Assembly (NCBI GenBank): GCA_910592345.1
Contig: CAJVPI010000334.1
Span: 1 to 34,826 of the forward strand
Source: Paraglomus brasilianum
Taxonomy: Eukaryota
Direction of reading: 5' to 3'
DNA: 34,826 nt
Part shown: positions 1 through 11,962 of the stretch, piece after piece
Position numbering within the stretch: position 1 is the first letter of the stretch
How the letters are laid out: each line of letters starts with the position of its first letter
Notes under the pieces: model-generated
Databases searched by the model: none
Seen by the model: only the letters and a program-made list of their open reading frames with translations
What the model was told of the DNA's origin: nothing
Made by a program: the position numbers and the translations under genes

Positions 1-204
1 ACGCATTCAATCGAATACAGTATATACGAGGCGAGGCAACAAAAAAAGTTAACAGATTTTTTCATCAAAGAGAGAGAGAACCACAATTCATAAGAAGTGA
101 ACAAATTGGTTTAGTTTATATGGAGAAAGAAATAAAGAGATTTTTATTATAAAGTTTAAGATTTTATTCGAGACATAAGTATCGTATATAATATCATTAC
201 ATAT

Positions 205-288
205 TTAAAACCCTATGATATCCAACCCCGCATATATCAACGAAATTGGCCGGTCCCGTGGGGTGGATATTAGAGAGAGTTCACTGTA
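205..288. mobile_element. Right end of a pogo/Tc1-type non-autonomous element (partner end not found)
   Basis: Ends ...GAGAGTTCACTG|TA (minus strand TA-CAGTGAACTCTC), the usual Tc1/pogo terminus plus TA target. Internal inverted motif pair ATATCCAACCCC / GGGGTGGATAT. Confidence 0.4.
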
Positions 289-857
289 TTAACTTTGATT
301 ATATACGAGTCGCACAAACGTAGGTCCTTCAAGTCACTCTCACATAGTAATCGTACCTCTCTTGGCAACACACTTGCTTTGCAATTAACCTAGTGCCCAA
401 TAGTGATATTTATCGATATCCTTGTCATTTTATTAAGAGTTATCGATCCTGAAATAAATACCCTCGCGACCGTTGATTACGAAATCATCTACCAAACGGA
501 ACATTAAATTTGTGTAACTTTTAGTCGAGTAATTTAAATTTAGCTTTTCGGTAACCAATAATAATAAAAGTTGGTTATATAGAAAGCATTTGGCAAATGT
601 AGGGGGCGACCGGTGACTGCCGAATACACCGTTCGATTTCTCAGCGAAGAAGCAAGATATTCTTTATAAATATAATAGCAGTTTTTTGTGCTTCAAATGA
701 GTGTAAATTTATGTAAACTATGTGAATTAACTTTTAAATATTCGAGTTGCATAACCTAATCTAACGTTTTTGTAGGATAAAAGTCGGTACTAGGTAAATC
801 CGTACTTTTACTATCTAACATATTAAGTCAGAAAGGTACTGATTACTGATTTATTAT

Positions 858-1945
858 TTAATAGGGGATGCGATCACCATTGTTTTCTATAATTAATTTA
901 TATCGATGCTTCATCGAATCTATTTAAATTGATTAGGACGGAATTTGGAATATTGTCACACTTTTCAGTCATAAACTGTTCTAATTCCTTACAGTTCCTT
1001 GGTTTACGCCTTCCCACATTTGTTTAACTATGTTCCAAAGGTTTTCAATAGGATTAAGGTCAGGACTGTTGGAGAGCCAGTCCAACACCATTGGAACATT
1101 GCAATACGAGAGGTATGCTTAGGACCGTTATCTTGTTAGCGCATCTGCCTCCCAACAGTCCTCTTATTTCTGGGAGGTGTTGTTCTAATATTCCAACATA
1201 GAAATTCGCATCCATAATGTTGCTGAAGCAAAAGAGACTAGTCTTCCCTTTTGCACAAAAACCACTCCATTGGGCGTATTGGCCTTGCACTTTTATGCCA
1301 GCGTGTAATTGTGTTACGAAACAATTGGAAGGATGTTTCGTCAGTGAAAACTGTTTGTTTCCAATTGTCATTTAAATGTTTGTTGGCCCATATTACCCGA
1401 TTTTCTTTATGAACCTTTGTCAGCATGGGAGTGGTAAGAGAAAGGCTGTTTTTGTAACTATGTTCAGCCAAATGCCGTCCTACAGTTATGCGAGAGACCA
1501 CAATTCCTTCATCTTTCAATTTACTGGCAATTAATTTAGTAGAAATAGTCGGGTTTCTTCGAACATACTGGCCAGTTCTGCGAGCATTAATAACGGCTGT
1601 AGTTCTTTTACGACCATTTCCCCCTCTGTGCTTTACATTTCCTTTTTTTCTGATTTTTTTTTTAGGTTGCAATATATTGTTCTAATTGGAATGTTGGTCA
1701 ATGATTTTACTCTGGGGGCTTCCCGTATTCCTTTCTCCCAATAATATAATATCGTTTGTCGTTGTATTTAGTTAATGGATTGCGACATTTTACACTTTTG
1801 TTTTGGGAAAGCACGAAGTAAGTTGAAAATAGTCAGTTTGGAATGATAGTCCATTACATAAGATCCATTCATTACGCGTTTATTTTAAAAACTGGTCGAG
1901 TTACGTACATGCAGATTATTTCTAAATTTTCTTTGAACACCACTG
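858..1945 (-). mobile_element. Degenerate Tc1/mariner (DD34E-type) DNA transposon with pseudogenised transposase
   Basis: Transposase fragments lie in several frames: ATG at 1788 with an early in-frame TAA, an HTH-like region, WKQTVFTDET, QDNGPKHTS, SPDLNPIENLW and C-terminal IENNGDRIPY* (stop 858-860). A TIR-like end CAGTGGTGTTCAAAG starts at 1945 on the minus strand. The second TIR was not found. Confidence 0.85.
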
Positions 1946-4190
1946 CATGTTGCCCATAATGTGTGCTAAATTTAGTACTAATTTTACGGTAATTACGTTG
2001 CTTGTTATGCCAATGTTTTTATTTAATGGGGTGTCGGTGGCTTTTGAGACGAGATTGTATCTCATATAATTACAGTATTCCAGGCAATTCAAGGACGGAA
2101 ATTCATTAGTTGATGTCTATATGATAAGAGAAATATTTACACGACTAGTGCAACATAAAATTTATGCTACTTACTTGAATAGACATAATTTATGTTTGGT
2201 GTACTACATTGAAAACGCTTTTTTCACACGCGACCGACGATGCAAGAATTGTGGCCGCACATTGTCATGCTTATTAATATTTAAACTTTTTATAACTCTG
2301 ATGTCTGGGAGATTGTTGTATTCAATTCTGCCAGTGGGAAAGCGATTTGTTCAGACCGAATCTCAGCTCGGACTAATGCGCTTTACTGCTGTAGTAATTT
2401 GCTTAAGATTGAACTAGAACTAACGACTATTTTTATTACTTGACATGCACTACTTAATTCTATTCATATATAAATTTGCGTCTTGTCGGTCTTTGTCAAA
2501 TTTCAGCAATTGAATATCCAATAAAGTCATTTACTAACAAGACGTCCAATTATTTAAGACGACAACAAATTGGTTCTTAACTAATAAGAGAGATTTTATT
2601 TGGGAATAATATAAGTCGGTAGTTGGCCTTTTTGTTTCTTGGCACTTATGGATAAAGGTTTTCGTCGCACAAAAAGCTTTTGTCGATTTGCGTAATCGTT
2701 GAAACTAATTGTTATTATTGACGTCGTTATAAAACACTTTATGTGATCTAAACTATTGGCATATATAAATTACTCAAACTTTAAACTTGAGGATTTTGAC
2801 GATGGGAAATGCATACTTTTTTAGTAAACTATAATCATTCTGCGCGATTCTGTAATAATTCGCGATTTAAGATTTGTAAATTGTCATCTGATTCTCAAAT
2901 AATTGGAAGATAAGTAGCTTGTGGTTTAGCACAGAAAAGGCGGTTAATTAGTTAATTACAGTGTGCAATACCCCTGTATATGGGAGTGCGACGTACGAAT
3001 ATTACGCTAAACCCCCTGTTGAGAATGTCACTAGAAATAACAGCAACATTTTCAAAATAAATTTGCAGCTTGCGGAAGTACTGCACCGGCTTTCTTAAAT
3101 ATTTATCGTACAATACCTTTATTATTATTAATAATCAACCCCTTTTTTGTTCTTCTCACTAAAGACGGTAACAATATTCACACATGCCAATATTTTTGTT
3201 CTAAGTTTACACGATGCCCACGTAATGTTTTCACACGTTTGGAGGAATGAACGCAATCTATTTTATTTTTAGGCAGAAGAAAAAAAAATCACGACTTGCA
3301 CATTTACAATTGTTTCACAACTAATAATGTCTTAACTACAAATACTGTATAGTGTAAAAGCCGGAGTTCCTTTGCCCGCCCCACCAACAATCGTCATTAT
3401 CGTTCTCATTATTATTATTGTCCAAAATTAAATTTATGCCATAATAAAATTCAATGAAGTAGTCGTGGTCATTTCTAGTAGTAGCAGTAATATGTGGCAG
3501 ACTGAGAACACTTCCCCCACACATGTTTTTGTAAACCAAGAAGGTAAATTCAATCTAGCTGGTTTCGATTAGAACAAATAGATTATTATCTAAAACTACG
3601 TACGTACCAATCTTTTAATTCAGTTTTGAAAACCAATACTTTGTTTTATATTTGCATACTCGCATCAACTAGTAGGAGCTGTACGGTTTTCTTCGAATAC
3701 ACACGTAGAACAGAATTTCACGTAAAAATATGATCGCTCACTTGCAAATGATACGGCTCATAAACGTACACATGCTTAACAATACGATTATTTATTTGAC
3801 TGTAGCAAGAAATACAGAACCTTCGTACCATTATGCATAATATTGGCTTTAAATGTCTATATTATAAAAATGTCTCAAAACAATGAATGTGTGAGTATTT
3901 ACAACTGACAATTAAAAACTTGCCTCTGAGATTAGTATTATCAACTGTCTTAATACACAGTATACCAAAAATAAAGTCCATCCTAGCATTTTTGGCATCA
4001 AGAACAAAAAATGAAAAAGCATGTTATAATGTACAATCATGAACTGAATACCTTCTATCATAACACCCGGTATTACTTCTATTTATCTGTCATAACATCT
4101 TTCCATTAACAAACCTCACTAATCAATTCACTTTACCAGCTCATTACAAAAACCATCAAACTACTTCCACCTACTCACACAATAATAATC

Positions 4191-5506
4191 CTAACCACTA
4201 TCTCTGTTCAGTCTTTTGGCAAAAGCTATGGCAAACGAACTAACATTATATTCGTCCAACTGGTCACCATCCGCCAATAACTTGTTAAACACCGGGACCA
4301 TCTTCTCATGCAACGACGCCAGCTTTGTCCTCATATGCCTAACATCTTCCTGAATGTCTCTCAGATCGCTACGCTTCCTATCCACCAGACGTCTCAGATT
4401 ATCGCCATGCTCCGCCATTTCTTCTTTTTTGACTGCGAGGTTACGTTCATATTGAACAACAGTTTTAAATTCTTGTTCTTGTTCTTTGATCGTTCGAAGC
4501 GATTAATAAATGTGTGTACGGACGTAGAAATAAGATAAAGGTGAGATTACAAAATAATATAGGGAATATTACGTGATAAAAGATATTAGCAAACATTGGA
4601 AGAGGTTCAAAAAAGTCCCTCTGCTCTTTACCCTCATGGAATTTGTTGAACACATCGGAAAAGACTGGGAATGGTATCAATATCTTTTTCAACGGATACG
4701 CTGTGATTTCAAAAATAAGTTAAATTCAAAGCCGGGAAGTGTTAATGAATCTGTTAATTAAATATGAAAGCAACGATATAACCACAATAAACCATACTTG
4801 GTGCGAAAAATCCCACAGAAGGTGACGAGCAATTCTACAAAGATTCGGACGAAAACGAAATCAATACTCTAAACCGTAAACGAAGCCGTTCTCCATCTAG
4901 TAAATACCTTAGGCTCACCTGGTGAAGTTTTGGAATTGGTACTTCCGACGGCTCATCGGAGTTATCTTGATTACTTCTCGACCGAAGGGCATGTCGTGGA
5001 GTAGGCATTCGCTTTGTGCTCCCTACACTTCATAAAGTTTAGATCAATCACTCCTGACGCACCTCAGAGAGAGAAAAAGTAAATAGACACGAGAACTAAG
5101 CTGACCTCGTGGCCGTCCTCTACCACGACCGCGACCACGAACACGACCACGACCACGAACACGACCACGACCCCGACCACGACCACGACCGCGCGTTGAA
5201 GTCGAGCGAGGGGAAGTTGGAGCAGAAGAGGTAGGATTATCAGCAGCATCATCTGCATTACTATCCGCGCTATTGTCTGCATAGTCAATATAAGATTCTT
5301 TGTCTGTTTGCGGGACGCGGAAGTGAGTCGTGATGGCGAAAATAAGGTTAGGTGCATTGGAGCTTACCGCTAGATTCGTCCGCGGAGGGTTCGCTAGTGT
5401 CAATAGGTTCGGCACCATTAGGAACAAAGTCGTCGTCGGAATCTTCACTGTCGAGTAGTTCCGTTCTTAACCAGCCTTCGTTCATTTTATTATTATTATT
5501 ATGCAT
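4191..5506 (-). CDS. Hypothetical nuclear protein (~279 aa): acidic N-terminus, RG repeat with AT-hook (RGRPRG), C-terminal coiled coil resembling the HMG20 C-terminus
   Basis: Six phase-compatible GT-AG exons (5506-5368, 5303-5106, 5022-4919, 4834-4798, 4700-4632, 4483-4191) give an uninterrupted 840-nt frame. Confidence 0.7.
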
Positions 5507-5769
5507 TAAGGAATGTAAATATATCTTTATTGAGAACCGACAAAACAAAAAATGAAAATCATGCCGGGGAAATTCGAGTCACGTGCATGATACCATTCCG
5601 AATAAGTTGTTATACACGTGGTACAAAGATATAAGGAGGAGCGAAGGCGGAATCTTTACTAAAATAGAAATCGACAAATTAATTGTCATTATATCAACCA
5701 ATAGACATCCACTATATCATATTGAATATGGAGTTTGACATGATTTAGATGTGAATTTTTAAAAAAAAA

Positions 5770-6923
5770 ATGCTCGGATTCTGGAGGAGATCGTATGAAG
5801 TGCTAAAAACAGAGAGCGTAAAAGGTAGCCGGTAACTGTCTTCAATGATAATAAGTTGCATAAGTTATATTATGACAGTACTAACATGTAATTGCATATT
5901 TTCTAATAGCTGTCAAGGGAACTGCGCTAACATGGCAGAAAGAACTACCAATGCTCCAGCTAAATACTAAAGAAGATCTTCAGAAGTGGGTCGTTGGGAG
6001 CGACAAAGACATTGGAGGTAAGGTTCACTTTGCTCACGTCATTTCTTATGTTATTTCTTACGTTATTTTAACGGCCCAATTTTTTAATGACAGGTAATTC
6101 AGACGCGAAGCTAGAGATAACGCCTGAAAATGTTTGTAGGTTTTACGGTAATGTTTGTAAGGATTTACCTCCAATTGCTTCTGAACAAGCCGCTAGTGGG
6201 TATGCGGGAATGAGATCAAAGGTATGGAATTTTTCGTTCCAAGCAAAATTAAAGTCTACAGAGTAACTCAACTTGCTGATTGATGCTAGGTTCGCGGGCT
6301 AACGGTATTTGGTACACCCAATTGGGATACTTCGATGTTCCGTTTTCTTGCTCTCAGGGTGAGAGGAGACAATAAGAAATATTTTGTAAACATGCAGACA
6401 GAAGGTGTGCATCCAGCTGATCTGTGGCAGCATAGATTATTTTTGAGAAATCCGGGGCAATGGGAAGTTGTCATGGTATGATGGTTAAATTAATAATCTG
6501 CAAAGCTGGACGACAAAAGATAGTTGACGCAAGCCAAGATAACACCGTTTATAATGCCACCAACAGCAACACTGAACAGCACTAGTCATTATCATATAGA
6601 TTCCTTTCCGGGACTTCATATTAACACGAAAGGGAATTATACTGGAACCTCAGATTGAAATGAATCGCGAGAAAGTCAAGACTGTTGGGTTTTCTCTTTT
6701 AGCACAATCTGGACCATTCAGTCTTGAGATAGATTATATCACAGCTATAAATACCGAGGAAACCGAGGGTAAGGGGGTGTATATGGTAATATTCTGTTGG
6801 CAGAAAGACACTGTTTCACCTTTTTTTTTTTTTTAAAAAAAACAAAACAAAACAGGTGATTGGCCTCGCATAACAAAGCCGAAGAAAGATAAAGAGAAGG
6901 CTCAAATTGAAGCTGCGTTATGA
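5770..6923 (+). CDS. CIA30: Mitochondrial complex I intermediate-associated protein 30 (CIA30/NDUFAF1 family)
   Basis: Six exons with GT-AG introns. Motifs WVVGSDKDIGGNS, SGYAGMRSK, FLALRVRGD, DLWQHRLF, WEVVMIPFRDFILT, GPFSLEIDYI. Largely missed by the ORF track because the exons are short. Confidence 0.9.
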
Positions 6924-7234
6924 CACAGCCTTTGAGAACTGTACAGTGATCTTTCCAATCGATACAAAACTATAAAGCGTCGATCTAGATACGAGAAAAC
7001 TATCAATACAACCAGTGTAGAAGGATTGGCTAATAGTATTGGTATTTTATAAAATGGAGTAACCTCTAAAAAAATTTACATTAATAAATACCGTAACAAT
7101 GGTTTTGGGAATGCAGCGCAGACATACATATACAACGTATCTTGAGGATTTGTCATTAAAATGAAAATAACAACTATAAGATATAATTCTAGGATTTTGT
7201 TATAATGATCATGTCCGCTCCCAATATTTCCTCC

Positions 7235-8827
7235 TCAATCAATATTGATCAATGTACGCCTCTTTACTCTTACATCGCTGTTATTCTCCTCGTTTGCATC
7301 CTTTGCTTCCTCCTCAATCTTCTCTAAGAATTCTTGTAATCCTCCAGGAATCTCTTGCATCTGTACACTTGGTGCTCCCTCCAAATATCTCAATTGTTCT
7401 GATATAGTGGTCTTTATCCTTCCCAAATCATTTTTTGTATTTTGATTATCCATCTTACGCACTAAATCCGGATGCAATTTAAAATCGGGCATAAACACTG
7501 GCAACCATCTGCTATTCGCCGGTATCTCGTCTGGTAACTCAGCATCAACCAAAATACTCGTCTCATAGGTCCAGCATCTAGCAACGTTCTGAATAGTATA
7601 CCCGCCGCCGCCAAGCACTAGCAATGGCAATCCCCAAGATTTGATAAACCGTACACACTCTCCGTGAGCCCTAATTGACAAATTGAATGCTCCGAGTCTG
7701 TCGAGCCCTAATGAATCTGCGCCACATTGAAGCACAACTGTTGATGGTTTATAACGTTCATTGACTTGGGTCATCACATCTTTGAAAAGCGTCACATAGC
7801 TGTCATCATCGACTCCGTCTTTGAGGGGAACATTGACGCAAAAGTATTTACCGAGACCACAACCTATTTCATTGAGGTCGCCAGTACCGGGAAAATACTC
7901 GCCGTCGTATTTGTGAAAAGAAACCGTCATTACGCGGTCTGTTGTGTAGAAAGCTTCTTGAACGCCATCTCCGTGGTGAATATCAATGTCAATGTATAAC
8001 ACGCGTGGATAATATCTGGGATATAATAAAATGGCAATAGACGATAAATAAACGGAAATATATTTTATCAAGTACAGATATCTGTTACAATTCAAGACAT
8101 TCTATCCAAACATGTATATATGCTTTTCATATTCCACAAATCTCCTCACCTTAACAAATGTCTAATGGCCAACACAATATCGTTGATATAACAAAAGCCC
8201 GAAGCTTCATAACTCTTAGCATGGTGCAGTCCACCACTCCAATTAACACAAATATCTGCTTGCCCCTGACACAGTTTATTAGCAGCGGCAATCGAGGATC
8301 CAGAATAAATGCGACAGAAATCATACAACCCATCGAATAACGGGCAATCGTCGCTTACGTTATATCTATGCTGATAGACATTTTGATCAGGGCACGTATA
8401 AGCAACAGAAGAAGCTCTACGGGTAGAAGGATCATGTAACTGAGTAAGGGAAATGAACACACAAAAGATAAAGATAATAGATCACCCACACGTTACGGCA
8501 AACCTCTTGAGAAACTCTATGTAATCTGCTTCATGAAATTCCAAGAGCTGTTCTTCAGTAGCCATCGGGGGACAGTAAACTTCCATGCGTTTGTGAAGTT
8601 CATAGTTAATAACGAGATCGTTTGTTAAAGTGAGACGATGGGGTTTCATCGGATGGCCTTTCTAAATCAGTAGACGGCAAAATCTGATCAAACTGTCTCA
8701 TGATAAAGAGAAACAAAAGAGTAAGCGTAAATTTAGGGCAACTTACTCCTTGCCATACTCCATAATGAAAGCTCCCAGCGTCTTTATGATGGAAGTAAGC
8801 GACTTTCGGTTTGGAATGTGCTTGCAT
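7235..8827 (-). CDS. HOS2: Class I histone deacetylase, Hos2-type
   Basis: Four exons: [80 protein letters not shown]. The extra residue in HKYxGE and the ADSLGxD motif favour Hos2 over Rpd3. The exact 3' end is uncertain. Confidence 0.9.
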
Positions 8828-9764
8828 TGAACTTTTGGAAACAGAAATGGCGCGTTTTCTTATTTAAGATTTCATCCAATTGTGGCTAATGCAGATGACG
8901 AAAGTTGCTAACGGCCGTTGTACAAGGCTTGATTTGGAGAGGTTTGGTAAATTTGATGGCCAACTTATTTAGCTCCCGTGATTACCATACGCAAACATAT
9001 AAATACAAGCTATATTTCACGCTTACGTTCTGTTTCGTTATATTACACACTAAAAAAATTGATATATGCTCAACTTGCTGACTATGAAGAATTCAGCTTT
9101 TTAAGTTGGCAGGGAAGGCGGAGAATCGGTTGTAATGGCCATTGAAGGCGTTGAGAAGGTTTACACGCAGGAATGGTACAATTGCTGACGAATATTATCT
9201 GTGAAAGTTGCGAATCGAGTCAAATCGACAGAATTTCTAAAATTGATCATTTTGTGCGTTAAAATATCGACTGTATTATCTGCATTTGTTGCGTTTGGTC
9301 GAATAATAGTGTATCCAGAATTTGACATCACAATGCCAATGACATATCAATATGAAGGCCTATTATAAATATTATTTAGTACTATATAATAACAATAATA
9401 ATAACAGTAATAGTAACAAGAAGTCATGAAATTCTACACTACCAATTGGACTGTTGTGGATAACAAATGTGGCTTCACCTAGGGATGTGATGATATCAAT
9501 GCCTCCATTTCTACTGAATATTTTAATCCATGATTCTAAAAAGTTAAAGTCAGAAGGGCACTCCTCTGAAGACTTCTGATGCTATTGCAATCAGTCAGAG
9601 TTTCCTCATCAGGCCTGGAGTAATAAAAAGATTTAATGAGTATTGTGTCATCATAGTCAAGAACCATTGAAGAACATTCACAGCAGGCCGTCCACTGTAC
9701 GCTGGATACCGACTGGTAACTTTCGCAAGCTGCGGCCACGACGCGCTTTCAATTCAAATAGTCT

Positions 9765-9885
9765 ATGTATCCTATTCACCACAACCTGGCACCCTGGCTC
9801 GGCGGCTTTTCAATTACGAAGAAAAGAACATTCATAACAGATTCAAAGACTACAGATGTATCCTATTCACCACAACCCGGCACCC
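9765..9885 (+). repeat. Two-copy 30-bp direct repeat
   Basis: ATGTATCCTATTCACCACAACCYGGCACCC at 9765-9794 and 9856-9885 (1 mismatch, period 91). Confidence 0.85.
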
Positions 9886-10236
9886 AGATGGGTACTTAAT
9901 TCGGGGAATATCTTGATGTAAGGAGGGTACTCTGTATTCTCTTTATGCCTAATTGGTAGTGTACATATATGCGAAATTGGTTTGCAGCATTCTCGTCAGC
10001 GAAACATTGCGGCAAGAAACAACATTAGTTCGCAGAGCACGACTGAGTAATAATCGGGAGTAACTAATACTTGAGAATTTATGGTAGACTACATATTTTC
10101 CTCAGGTACCTTATTGCAAATAAATTAGGGGTACTTTGCATGCGATCATTGTTTATAATATCCTGGATATTTTACTATTACTTATTTCTTTATAAAATCA
10201 GGCCTCAAAACTGCTGAGGGATATTTAACACTTTAG

Positions 10237-10352
10237 TCAGAGAAATACAGTACTCATTTATTAGAAAGGAATGTTAATTGGTCATTATTAATTGGTCATT
10301 AAAGGAACTTTAAGTGAACATGAAGGATATCGGAAAGTCGCGTTTCTTATAT
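10237..10352. repeat. Dispersed repeat, copy 1 (homologous to 18733-18847)
   Basis: Shares TACTCRTTTATTA.AAAGGAAT.TTA, CATTAAAGGAAC and CGGAAAGTCGCGYTTCTTATAT with copy 2. Confidence 0.75.
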
Positions 10353-11962
10353 ATCTAATCGACCGACTTGGCAGCCTTACCTCGAAATCCTTGTGATACC
10401 ATCGGAGTTACGCAATAAATTACGTCATCATTTAATATCACCTTTTGGGGCGGCTGCAGCTGCCTACCTGCTTCAAACAAGTTTCTCCAATGTCTTCTCT
10501 TTGTCAACAGGCTCGTCTCCGGATGATTCGCAGTCAGCGCAGTACGCGATGAATGTTATTACGTTCATGTATGCGAATGAGTTGAAGGAAACAGAAAAAA
10601 TGGAAGAAACTCGAGGCTTTGATCACTTGACAAAGTTCATCACGTATTACATGTTTCCCTGCTATCCTGTAAGGAGTAAACACGTTTAGTACATACTGAT
10701 ACCATAGTTTGTGATCTTGTGTGAGACACTTGACCAATTGTGTTTCATATCAATGACGGAAACAGTATTATGAGACAATAAAAGAAGTGCTTAACGGAAT
10801 ACGTCATGGCCAGTAATTTATGGGGTGGTTAGTGGGCGTTTGGTTTGCAGCATGTCAAACCTCGGCTAGAGCCTTGAGCCCCTGAAAGATGCCATTCAAC
10901 ATTGTTGATTATGCATGTGTAACGACGATAATGCAGTGTACAAGACTGTGTGTCAGAAATGCGACAGTCAGACAATGTCCGTGGGTATGTATGCAGTATG
11001 ATCGATTGAGATGTCTCTTATATCACGTGATAAAAATAAAAAGCAGTAAAAACAGAGTGAAAATACCAAGCAACCGACCAATTGAAACCATCACATTGAA
11101 TTGTCGCAATATTAACGTTTTTGCGTGCAATAGACGTTCGTTACGCTTAATCTTTTGCTACAATCTCTAACATTTGGCTTTCCCCTCTTTTTTTTTTTTT
11201 TACAGTGTGCGCCTTTCTGTGACGACCTTGAATATTCCTTATCCGGAAGTCAGAAAGATTGCATTCGCATACTCGCATACAACGTACATTTAATATGAAT
11301 AAACTCAGCAGACAAATATTTTAATATTTATAGGACAAGACAACGCATCGTTGACCAACTCGGGTGAGACGTTATGTCGACACATTTCTCTTTTCATTCT
11401 TTCTCACACTCTCGTATTTGTTATAGTTCAGATTGTATTTTTTCTTTCCACATTTACCGCAACCATTCAAGATCGATTATTCAATCTCTTAACGAGGCAA
11501 TAGACAACGTGCAGAATACGCCTCAAATTAAGCGAGCGCGACGGGTCTATAAACCTGTTTATATACTAAAATGATACTAAACTGATAGGAACAAATAAAC
11601 AAACGAAATATAAATACAAAATAGAGTGAACAGTGGAAAATAAGGCATTTGACGAGATACAACATAGGACTAAAACGGGACGAACAGTAATTAATATATA
11701 CTAAGTAATTACTACGTTCTAGACGCACACCATTCTCAAAATATATACCAAAATACCCGCCTAATTACGGTTGGAAAACCAGTTTTTAAACCAGTTTTTT
11801 TTTGTTCTCATTGTACTCGCTGCCGCCATCAAAATTTAAGCTCTACTGTAGCTATCCATTATTACCAAAACATTATTTTGCTTTGCATTCTGCACTAGAC
11901 TCTCTCGCGAAAGCCACTTGCCCAAAACCAAATAACTGTCGCAAGTAAATATCAGCACAAAA

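Noticed and set aside
7075..7237. Open frame continuing ~50 codons past the HOS2 TGA (readthrough or selenocysteine idea)
   Set aside because: The extension is not HDAC-like, no SECIS-like element was seen, and such a run can occur by chance.
9555..9625. Minus-strand CUGAUGA-G-GAAAC followed by a hairpin and GUC, resembling a hammerhead ribozyme core
   Set aside because: There is no helix II between CUGAUGA and GAAA, and helix I does not pair next to the cleavage site.
9765..9885. 30-bp repeat with 61-bp spacer resembling a CRISPR unit; it also contains GTATCCT like a U12 donor
   Set aside because: Only two copies, eukaryotic context and no cas genes. The GTATCCT is not at an exon boundary and lacks the full U12 consensus.
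10393..10689. 98-aa ORF with hydrophobic segments
   Set aside because: Non-ATG start, no recognisable domain and no consistent splice model; at most a pseudogene fragment.
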